This document shows positions 25,501 to 35,718 of a stretch of 42,827 nucleotides of DNA, piece after piece. A model generated the notes under the pieces. That model was not told where the DNA came from. It searched no databases and saw nothing but the letters and a program-made list of their open reading frames with translations. The stretch is from Dimargaris cristalligena (lineage: Eukaryota): contig ML002314.1 of NCBI GenBank assembly GCA_003614675.1, forward strand, positions 1 through 42,827. The letters run 5' to 3'. The first letter of the stretch is position 1. The number at the start of each line of letters is the position of its first letter. The translations under genes were made by a program, and so were the position numbers.

Positions 25501-26417
25501 GATCTGACCGGGTGCCTTTTTGTTTATCCTCAGGGACAACCGATGGTGGTATTGGCCTAGAGATACTGGTATTCGTATTTAAAGGTTATATATTTGGCGA
25601 CATTCCCATATGCCCCCTTTTTATATATATAGTGCAGCGATTCAAGGGGACATCAACATGTTAAAGCTGTTTGTACTAGCTGGCATCGACGTCAATAAGC
25701 CCAACTTTGATGACCGAACCGCTCTTCACCTGGTAAGTGTAATCAATATTTCGATGTTCAGCGTTACTTTATTATATGTTTTCCCATAGGGTCCATCTTT
25801 GACCTAGGCCAACTATTATCATTTTAATGGGATGTCCTGGTTTTACTCGGGCCTGAAAGAGGGAGTCGTGTGACCTTGGCCTGCCAGGTACCAGTGATTA
25901 ATGCTCTACTGAACCTATTGCAATTCTGACTATGGATTAATATGTATTATATTGATTGACCCAATCCGAACGATTTATAGGCTGCAGCGGCGGGTCAGGA
26001 CGCCTCCGTGGCCTATCTTCTCAGTCTACCTGCTATAAATCGCGAGAGTAAAGACCGCTGGAGACGCACCCCGCTAGAAGATACACGTCAGCTCTACGAA
26101 CTGATGACCACAAGTAAGTATGGATGTCTTTTAAATCTTCCCTCATTGGTTATTGAATCCCCGCCGGAAGTTCATTCGTTGAACACAGAACCTGAGCACA
26201 CAGCCAGTAGTGACATTCTCCTACCTTCAGTCATTATGGATCTACACCAGCTGTTTGGTTTCTAATTTAAGGAATATGGTGTGGGTGCTTTTTTTTTCTT
26301 CTTGTGGCGGATTATATTATATTTCTAGATCGCAAGCCCCCGACGGCCCATAAGCTGGCGTCGATGCAGATGGTGATCCGTCTACTTGAAGCGCCTGCGG
26401 TACCCAGGAGCGACTAG
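22557..26417 (+). CDS. Type-I L-asparaginase with C-terminal ankyrin repeats (ASPG / 60-kDa lysophospholipase-like), 7 exons, ~789 aa
   Basis: Phase-consistent GT-AG model: 22557-22698, 23166-23627, 23906-24618, 24763-25493, 25633-25732, 25981-26113, 26329-26417. Catalytic motifs VIYTGGTIGM and HGTDTMAY, plus TGSQVP and ETYGAGNAP. Ankyrin motifs DYDGRTPLHLAA, DHFGHTPIFDA, NFDDRTALHLAA, DRWRRTPL. Confidence 0.93.
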
Positions 26418-27144
26418 TGCTGCTCAACCAAAGGTTGCTATGGCTGAAATGGAAAACGGGTCGTCGATGAACAGTGCAGTCATTGGTCAACGCTAGGTCA
26501 GACGTAGAATTTATATAGAATGATGATGCTTAGTTAGATATAGTTAACTTTCATGTACTACTTCCACAATAACTAATAAATAGTGACTGTCATTGTGTAT
26601 CCCAGCAACCCTTTGTTGAGCCCTTGCAGTAGTACGCCCTACCAGTTAACAATAGTTGGGTAATATCCAGGGGAGTGGATCTGCCGTATTTCTGCAGACT
26701 AATAAGCCAATTTTGGGCGGGGTCTTCTAACTCTGAGGTAGGGTTTCAGGTGAACCCCCGTGAGTCCGGGAGCCGTGGTGCCGCCTAAGGTACTTGGGGG
26801 GTCCCATGGCAGAATGTATCACACCCCCTCCTTCTGAGGGTTTGGCTGGTGGGTTAGTCTGAGAAGCCACACACGAGTTTCCCCCCACTCACTGCCCTTT
26901 TTTACAGGCGGCTAACCCACCCCACGGGGAATGTCTCCAGGCCCATTCTCCCCCCTGCCCGTTTCCGAATTCTCCAACCTGCATCTTCTTGTCTCCTTAT
27001 CTCTCTATTTTCGACTATTGTTGCCTTCCCCTCTTGATTCCCTCTAATTGACCCCCCCACCCAGCACACCTTCTCCCCCACTACTTTACCTTATTGACTG
27101 CATTTTAACCAAGCGCCCCAGCCCGACCTATTGCTATTCTACCC

Positions 27145-30100
27145 ATGCCCTTCGTCGATATATGCGTGGCCTTGTACAAGTACGAGGCCCAGGATGCCGA
27201 AGAACTGAATATCGACGAGGGTGATGTTCTCTACTTGCTCGACACATCCGATCCCGACTGGCACCTAGTCAAGCCCAAACCGTCGGCCGACTCGGCCCAG
27301 TCTCCACCCAACCCCGAGCAAAAGGGACTCGTCCCGGCTACCTATATTGAGCGCGTCCAGCCCCTCAACGCCGCCAAGGCCCTTTATGACTATGCGGCAA
27401 CGGGCGAGGAGGAACTGACCATCCAGGAGGACGACCGGCTAGAGGTGCTCTCGGATGATGACCCCGACTGGACGATTGTCCGGAAGAACGGCCAGGCGGG
27501 ATTTGTGCCCAGTAGCTACATTGAGGTAAGGACCGTAGATACTTTCCCGTACCGCAATATACCATGCTGCCCTTAAACCATCCCCTCAATGGTCCTGCAA
27601 TACCCAAGCAACTAGTTCGCATGACCCAATAGTGCTATTGTCACTGGACTGTGCGGCTGTATATCATTGCACCAGATGTGTGACCTCGGGGTATTCCTGT
27701 TATACCTCCAATGCCACCGCCTGGCCCAGGCTACTATATCGGCATTTGGCCCAAATTGTACGGGGACACCATTGAGCGGAGATTAACGATGTGTATTATT
27801 TCATTTCTACCTTCTAATTTATCTTGACCAACTGAAGTTGGAACACCTGTCCCCTACCCAACCGACCCCCGCCACCGCACCGGTTAACCCTGTAGTTGTT
27901 GCTGCGGCCGAAAGTGCGCCCCCGCCCGCACCCGCCCCCCAATTGGCCCCCGCAGCCCCCCGGATAAGTGAAGACACCGAGCCTCATCCGCCAGCCCAGG
28001 TAATTAAAACACTAATATTATGTGGACCCTTGGCTTTATTGTTATCCGCAATAGACGGTTATACTCATGGTCATTTGAACTTAATGATATCGGCCTTTCC
28101 TGGTCGTTACAACGCCTGCTTACTCTCCTCCGCTTGTTTTTACTATAACATTCCGCTACCCCCTGGTCGCTTACATATGTATCCCTCCCTTTCCTAGTCC
28201 CCCACCCCTTCGTCTCCTAAGGCCGACCCCAAAGACATTGCGTACTGGTCTGTCACCGAATGTGCCAAGAAAAAGAAAGATAACCGGAAAGGTCTCCTGG
28301 GAGTTGGTGATTTGAAAATATTTTATAGCTGCACTTCAGATAAGGTAGGTCAGGTGGATGCCTTGATTGTTAATACACTACGTGTTCCCACCATTCTATT
28401 GTTTAAAAAAGAAAATCCGACCAAAGCCTCATCTCACTCAGGCCGATTATCCGCCTAACCCAGCCTACTTGACCAAAAGTATCTAATATCTGACTTTTAT
28501 ATTATCTGCCCCTATCACTACTTTACCAGTCACCTGTACTCAAATGGCACATAGACGTATTAAAGACCTTCACGGTGAAGAAGGATACCATCACACTGGA
28601 ATTTAACGATCCCACCACCCCGGAGCTCCGGTTTCAGCTGGCCAATAAGGCCGATGCCAAAGCAGTGGGTGCCAAAATTGAGGTCACCCGTCATAAGCTT
28701 CTCTATCCAGAAAGCCCGCCCATGTCGCCAACCGTCCCCAGGGTCAGTACCGATTCAATGAACGGACTCTCCCGTACGTCGATTGATCATGCCTTTGGTA
28801 CTTCTTCGCCAGCTGCCACCCCTGGCATGGTGGAGGCGCAACTGGCCACGGTACTCTATGACTTCGAAAGCGAGGAGAGCGAAGAGCTCTCGGTGAGTGC
28901 CGGTCAGCTGGTTTATGTTCTCGACTGTACTTCTAATCCGGATTGGTGGGCCTGCCAAGTTGTGGTGGAAGATGGAAGCACCCCAGCTGAGGGACTCGTG
29001 CCTGCCTCCTACGTTCAATTGGCCGAACCGGCGGAAGCATCAGCTTCGACCAAATCCAAGGCTATCACATCCCCGACTAAAGCGGCCATTACCGCCAAAC
29101 CCACCGAGATTGCCGAGAGTCCGAATGGGCGTGCATCAGAGGACAACCTTCCCCTCCAGGAGCTCATGAATAAAAAGGCCTCCCAGGAGTCGACCACCCG
29201 ACGCCGATCGCGTACCAATTCGTCCGGCCACGGCCCCGTTGATGGGTACCCTGACCCCAAAAACGTGCGTACCTGGGTGGATCGTACTAATACATTCCGT
29301 GTGAAGGCCGAGTTTATCGGTTTAACTGAGGACGGGCGCGTTAAGCTGCACAAGGAGAATGGTGTTAAGATTGCCGTGCCCTTGGGGAAGTTTGATACCG
29401 ATTCGCTGGCGTACGTCAAGCAACATGAGGGCGGGGCTCGGACCTCTGTTTCGGCCCGCGAACTTCACGGTTCCACTAAAGAACGTCCATTTTCTCGTGT
29501 GGTCTCGACGCCGCCCAAGTCCAAAAAGATCAATCTTGATTTCGATTGGTTCGACTTCTTCACTCTAAAGTGTGACGTGAAAGCGGATGAGGCACTCCTA
29601 TACGCCACGTCTTTCACTGCCGAAAGACTGGACGATTCCGATCTCAAGGGTATTAAAATGTCCACCTTAGAAACGCTAGGGGTGCACCCACCAGACCGAC
29701 AGCGGATTTTGGATGGCATCCAGAGATTCCTGGGTAAGAAGAGCGGGGCTGGCAAACAGGTTAGTTTTGGCGCCACTAGCTTTATCGATGAAACAAAGGC
29801 AGCCGGTCCCGTGGGTGATTCGGATATAGCTCGCCAAATGCAACTGATCGAAGTCGACCAAACAAAGGCTGCTGCAGCCCCAAAGGCGGAATCGAGCAAC
29901 AAGGCACGAGGTCTATCGTCAATCGACGAACGCTTCGAACGCCAGCGGCAAATTGAGGAAGACGAGCTCCTGGCTCGGAAGCTACAGGATGTCGAAAAGA
30001 ACCGGCGCAAGCCCAGCGGAAAATCACCTGTGGTTCTGGAAGACCCATTCACCAGTGGGAATACCCCCTCGCCCCTGGTACCGACTTCCCCGGTTTCCTC

Positions 30101-31989
30101 TTTAGCTTCATCCAGCTATGCCCAGCCCCTCGGGTTGGGTTTAGGCGGCCGCAAGACAACATCCAAGCGGGCCCCGCCGGCTAAGTCGGCACCGTCGTCC
30201 ATCGACCCCCGTCAAATTCTTCAGGCTCAGAAACAGTTGAGCGAAACTAGCTCTCCCCGATCGCCCATATCCGCCATAGTATCTCCTCCTCCACCGCAAT
30301 CCGCCCTTAAGTCCCGTTCAGCCGCCCCTACTTCCCCGCTAGGCTTCGATGATGATCAGTGGATAATCCATGATGCGCCCGTACCAGATGTTAATAAACA
30401 GCTACCCCAGCTTCCTGCGCCCTCCCCCCCGACCCAAGCGAATACTCTGGCCGTTGTGGTCCGATCGGAGGCTAACAATCCACCAGCCAGTCAGCCACCC
30501 GCGATGATTCCGCTGGCTTCTGCCCTACAGGCCCCGCTAGTCCCCACCCCCAACGTCTATATGCCCGGATCTGGTGTTTTCGTACCTACTCGGCAGCACC
30601 GTGCCCCGCCTCCACCACCGGCCAACCAGCCGCCGGTCAACTTGGCCGCCCAAGCGGCTAGCCTGTTCCAGGGTGCCCGACCCCCCGCCCAGCTCAACCC
30701 CACTTTTATGCAAGGCCATCACACGGGTATGTTAAGTGCCCAGCCGCCTCCCTTGGTGCCCATGGTCTCCCAGCCGGCTATGATGGGATCTCTCCGCCCA
30801 ACTATGGCTGGTCCCACTTTCGCTACGCACCCCAGCCACAGTACCAACCAGTTGCTGGCTCATAACCCGACCCAACTGACACGTTCCCTGTCGGCTACTC
30901 CCGGACCAGTGGTGGGACCCGGGGCCATGGTGCTAGCCCAGCAGCGTCCTATACCGGTGGGTAATGCTAATCCGCACTCGGGTATGGTATTGTATGGCAG
31001 CAACCTTGGTGCTACAACCCCCCCAGTCGTCGAGACTTAACATGGCTGGAACCCAACCGCCCATGCAGTCTGCTTCTGGATTAGGACGACCTCAGCAGTT
31101 CGCCAATGTCCTCCAACCGATGCGCCCCACTCTCTCCGCCCCCCACTTTTCTTCGTCTCTCCCCGCCAGTACCGGTTTGGTATCCGGTGTCGGTAGAATG
31201 AGTGGAACCCCGACCTATGCCCCAATGAACCCGTCGGTTTCGCTCCAGCCGAACTCGTTTTCCTCGACGGCCCAGATGAGCGGACTGGCTAATCAAATGG
31301 GCCAGCTCTCCCTTCCAACCACAACCAACTCAATCATGAGTCAGCAAGGGCCGTCATTGTCGAACTATTCGACTGCCCAATCTGGTAATATTTTTACCCC
31401 CGTTCAAAATCAGCCCCATTCGACGCTACAGGCTATGGACACGTTCTCCCAGCTCAAGCAGCAACAGCAGCATCAGCAACAACAACAACAACAAATGCTT
31501 CAAGCTATGCACCAACAGCAACAGCAGCGACAACAGCAACAGCTACAACAACAACAACTACTACAGCAACAGCAGCAAATGCTTCGTTCTATGCAACAGC
31601 AGCAACAACAGCAGCATAACTTGGTGCGCCCCCAGGCCTTCCAGCCCAAGCAGAATCCCGGGGCCTTGCAGTCTAGCCAGCCTATGGTCAATTATATGGG
31701 TAGTATGCAACAGCCTTCGTTTAGTCACAGCGGCATATCCGGTCACCCTTCCACTGCTGGTCTACACAACCAGACCTCGGGACTCGGTGGCATGCAATCC
31801 GCTTTTACACCAACAGGGTCTTTAGTCTCCAATATTCGGCCGCAAGCTCCGGCTGGTAATGCTAATAACATATTCGCACCCGCTTCAACCCCGTCGAATC
31901 GACCTTACGGTGTGTTCGCGCCGGCTGGTCCTAGCCAGCCTGCCAACCGCCCCTACGGCGTTTTCGGTCAACCCAATTGGCAGAGTTGA
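27145..31989 (+). CDS. SLA1: Endocytic adaptor Sla1 (3 SH3, SHD1, SHD2, Pro/Gln-rich tail) with an apparent frame break near 31018-31024
   Basis: Exons 27145-27525, 27838-27999, 28198-28344, 28530 onward. SH3s ALYKYEA..GLVPATYI, ALYDYAA..GFVPSSYI, VLYDFES..GLVPASYV. SHD1 RTWVDRTNTFRVKAEF..LHKENGVKIAVP. SHD2-like FDWFDFF. The frame stops at 31040 but coding-like sequence continues in the +1 frame to 31989, so the true end is uncertain. Confidence 0.88.
31458..31614 (+). repeat. CAG/CAA poly-glutamine tract in the SLA1 tail
   Basis: Mixed CAA/CAG codons encoding QQQQHQQQQQQQMLQAMHQQQQQRQQQQLQQQQLLQQQQQMLRSMQQQQQQQ in ORF 30964..31989. Confidence 0.9.
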
Positions 31990-32687
31990 TAGAATTTCAC
32001 AACACTTTCTGTGACACAGTTGCTGGACTGGTATTGTTGGGGCGATTATATATAAATACTTATACTCTTATATCATATTTCTAATATTATTTTCTCGAAA
32101 TGCTCGCTTTTAGTTAGACGCCTACATTAGGGGGTAGCGTTATCCCCTACTATCCACTATTTCCGCTACATATACTATACCTCGCTGTTTAATGATAACT
32201 TAGGATTGTTTCCCCCTCTCTCCTTCCGTGATCATTTATATATTTTTTTGACCCCCAATCTACATCTTACCCTAATTCCATTGAGCGTACCTTCCTACGA
32301 CCCCATTCTGTTAAAATATATCAATACCGGTATTAAACCAAGTATCTACATTAAATTGGATGACCCGTCTGAGAATACTAATCCAATGAATTGAACATGT
32401 TGTCCAGTTAAAGGGTGGGTGATACATATCGGAAAAATACAGCCAGATTCCATGGCAATCTTTTGGTTTGACCCAGGGCGCCCCTCCCCCCTTTTTGTAT
32501 CGCTTCCGCTCTTTGGATATCGGCTATAATCTGTCAGTTCATACTCGTACCACCAGTTAAGGTCATTTACAGGGTAGGGTTTTCAATAAGGTGCAAAATG
32601 GGTATTTGGCGGGTAATGAATTTTTACCCAGTAAAATCGGATTCACCAACCGGGTTGTTCGTTACGCGACCATCCTGAACCTCTTCC

Positions 32688-32831
32688 ATATGGGTGAAAT
32701 TCGGCCCAGCTATATAAGGGCTTACATTATACGTGTATGGGAAAATATATGGGAAATGTATTTTTAACTAGTAATATTGGCCGAATCTAATGGATTTTTC
32801 GTTGTACAGCTTAGATGAACTTCTCCCATAT
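32688..32831. mobile_element. 144-bp non-autonomous TIR element (MITE-like), copy 2
   Basis: Left end ATATGGGTGAAATTC matches the reverse complement of the right end (ATATGGGAGAAGTTC) at 13/15. Colinear with 4523..4666. Confidence 0.75.
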
Positions 32832-33042
32832 TGAGGCAGTATCTCCCACGAACTGGCTAATAATAAATGAGATATGTTTAGATTGGTATCAGTGTATTTA
32901 TGGGGCCTTTAGATTTAGTATTTGATAAGGTACAAGCGGGTAGAGTATACGCTGGAGATAAGCAGTTGAACAACCGATAACCCCACCGTGCCAGTTCGGT
33001 AGAGCGATGGGTAGGGCTAAGTGGTTCTTGGTGCCATGACGG

Positions 33043-33465
33043 CTACAGGTCATCGGGGCCGAATGCGATGGGCAACAGGTCGGACAGCGGGTAGCTCCGG
33101 GTATCCCCCGAGGGCTTGACTAGAATAACGGTAAGGTCGGTACCGAACTCGCTCATAAACTGGCGGCAAATGCCACAGGGGGTACCGAACTTATCTTTGA
33201 GGTCGGTGGCCAGGGCGAGGGCTCGGAACGAGGTGTGGCCTTCACTTACGGCCTTGACAAACGCGGTCCGTTCGGCGCAGATGCAAGCCCCGTAGGATGC
33301 ATTCTCGACATTGCAGCCGGTGAAGACTTGCCCATCGGTGGTGAGGAGGGCGGCCCCTACACGGAACTTGGAATAGGGCGAGTAGGAAAGGCATTGGGCG
33401 GTCAACGCCTGGCCCGGGAGTTCGGCGAGGGCGCGGGAGAGGTCGAGCGGGGTCTCGGAAGCCAT
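33043..33465 (-). CDS. CDD1: Cytidine deaminase, homotetrameric three-Cys type
   Basis: 140 aa with YSPYSKFRVGAA, GCNVENASY, zinc motifs CAERTA and PCGICRQ, and C-terminal LLPIAFGP. Confidence 0.96.
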   Translation of the reverse strand: MASETPLDLSRALAELPGQALTAQCLSYSPYSKFRVGAALLTTDGQVFTGCNVENASYGACICAERTAFVKAVSEGHTSFRALALATDLKDKFGTPCGICRQFMSEFGTDLTVILVKPSGDTRSYPLSDLLPIAFGPDDL

Positions 33466-34117
33466 GGCAGAGTCAAAAGGTTAAGGTGCAATAATATGGT
33501 TTGTTCGTCTAAAGAGAAGCTAAGGTATAGTAGCGACCAGCTCTCTCAGTAGCTAATAGTGGCTCGTATAGTTCAAGGAGGGGGACGCAGGTGATATAGA
33601 ACAGAGCAATCGCCTTGTTCCTCCCATTGTTACGGGGAACCGTACGTGTGTATCCCATACAGGATCTGCCCCACCAGTTTAGTCATGAGAGGGTTTAGTG
33701 TGGCTTCCCATCCTCCCTGCAACTAGCCAATTGCACTAACTATAGTCGCATCAACATTAAAGTACCTGCTGCAGATGATGTTGCAGCAGAAAATTGGAAG
33801 ATAGTGAGATTTATTCGGTTCGTTGAGCTGGCGGGTCTTCGCTGGTCTTGTCATCGAGTGGCTCTAACCGACGGGTGGTTTTCACTATGTTTTTCAACCA
33901 GCCACTTCAGCCCTTACCCTTGTGCCAGTGACTGCTCCCAGTCTCTATAATCAAGCCACGCGCTAGCTATTCCCAATCCATGTAGTCGGGACCAGCCTGC
34001 GTTTATCCATTAGGAATTTCTTCCTCCCAGCCTTCCGCAATTCCACCCTTTCCGCCCAGTTCTTCCCCTCCCCTCCCCTTCCCTTCTTCCGTTTTTTTTC
34101 TCCTGCTTTCGTCGACC

Positions 34118-35275
34118 ATGACCATTGCTTGGGAAGCGGCCGCTAGCCAGCCCAGCGATACTTTGCCCAATCCGGTTCTCGAGTCGTCGGAGTTTATTGC
34201 CCAACATAGCTCCCAAGTTTCCATCCCCCCGGAGGGCATACGCAAAGCGGCCCACCACATTTACGAACAATTGTTGCGCCAGCGCTACTCCTGCCAAACC
34301 TGGAAGTCCCACCCCTTGAATCCACAGCACAATGAGCCCGCCACCGTGGACTGGATCTTTCTGGTCGATACTCTCAATTTCTGCTTTTGGTCCGATGGGG
34401 CCGTAGACCACGATCCCGAGCACAACCGCGCTGAACCCTTCACCGTCGATTTCCAGGGTACCGCTTACCAGGGGTACTGGGCCCTGTGTGCCGCCATCAA
34501 TCGGGCCCTCGGGGAGGGGTTCCCCTGTACTAGCGCGACGTTTATGGTGGAGGCCACCAATGACACTTGGGCCCATATTTTCCGTTCCACCACCGCAACC
34601 CCCATTCCCCAATGGCCGACGCGTCTGCGCATAATCCGGGAGGCGGGCCGCATTCTACTGGATCAGTGCGGAGGTAGTATCCGTCACATTCTGGCAGCAG
34701 AAGGTGAAAGGGGTTCTAATACGAAAGGCCACCCGCCCCCGGTGGACGCCGTAGCCTTTATAAAGCTCATTGCTGACCGTTTCCCGTCCTATCGGGACAC
34801 GGCTACTTTCCACGGCCGGCCAGTCTGCCTATACAAACGGGCCCAGATTCTGGTGGCCGATTTGTGGGCCTGCTTCGAAGGCCAGGGGTACGGCCATTTC
34901 GCCAATATTGATGCTATTACCATGTTTGCCGATTACCGGGTGCCCCAGGCCTTGGTGTACGTCGGAGCACTGGCCTATTCGGATGAACTTTTGGCCCTGC
35001 TAAGAGCTCCGAAGGCCCGTTTAGCCCCAGGATCTCCACCGGAAGTGGAAATCCGGGGCAATTCAATCTGGGCCGTCGAACTCATTTGTCGGGAAATCAG
35101 GCAGATTATAAAGCAGAAAGCCGCCGAAAAGGATCTGAATGATAATATGGCCGGCACTTCTTCGCCTGTTATTAACCCTATTTTAGTCGATTTTTACTTA
35201 TGGGATATGGCCAAGGCATCCCCCAGTGAGATGGCCCATATACCAATCCACCGGACTGGGGGGTATTTTTATTGA
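34118..35275 (+). CDS. QNG1: Queuosine salvage protein / queuosine 5'-phosphate N-glycosylase (DUF2419, C9orf64-like)
   Basis: Intronless 385 aa with W.SHPLNP, WIFLVDTLNFCFW, GYWALCAAINRAL, FPSYRD, YKRAQILVADLW, TMFADYRVPQ, EVEIRG, VDFYLWD, PIHRT..FY. Confidence 0.93.
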   Translation: MTIAWEAAASQPSDTLPNPVLESSEFIAQHSSQVSIPPEGIRKAAHHIYEQLLRQRYSCQTWKSHPLNPQHNEPATVDWIFLVDTLNFCFWSDGAVDHDPEHNRAEPFTVDFQGTAYQGYWALCAAINRALGEGFPCTSATFMVEATNDTWAHIFRSTTATPIPQWPTRLRIIREAGRILLDQCGGSIRHILAAEGERGSNTKGHPPPVDAVAFIKLIADRFPSYRDTATFHGRPVCLYKRAQILVADLWACFEGQGYGHFANIDAITMFADYRVPQALVYVGALAYSDELLALLRAPKARLAPGSPPEVEIRGNSIWAVELICREIRQIIKQKAAEKDLNDNMAGTSSPVINPILVDFYLWDMAKASPSEMAHIPIHRTGGYFY

Positions 35276-35718
35276 GGGTCGCCCGAAAATAGAGGGGCAG
35301 GGTCATTTTAGAGAAGGTGGCAGTACTGCGCTATCCAGTGTTTTTCTTTTTAGATGGACGGTTCATTATATAGGTTGAACGCCTATATATCCCTTAATGT
35401 TGGCAGTCGTAAATACATACAAATATAAATCCTAAATGCCTGTACGTATTGCTTGAAATGCCTTTTTTCACAGAATGTAGCATACTTGGCCATATACATC
35501 ATGGGTTTTATTTAAAGTCCCCTTAAAAATACACGGTCTCTACCAGAGAATACCGAACCGATATGGGTTTATCCAAAAATCCCTACTTAAATTGGAGAAA
35601 AGAACATAAAATAACGAGGTAGTAAAAGGTACAACTTAACTGAAAAATGGAAATGAATTAAAATAAACTGCAATTAGACCCCATACCTATTTTGTAGCAC
35701 GGGAGAGCAACGGTATGC

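Noticed and set aside
26114-26265. Read-through C-terminus of ORF 26008..26265
   Set aside because: A GTAAGT donor at 26114 and a phase-compatible acceptor at 26328 make this intronic, though intron retention cannot be excluded.
31500-31746. Poly-Cys and poly-Leu ORFs
   Set aside because: Antisense readings of the CAG/CAA polyQ tract.
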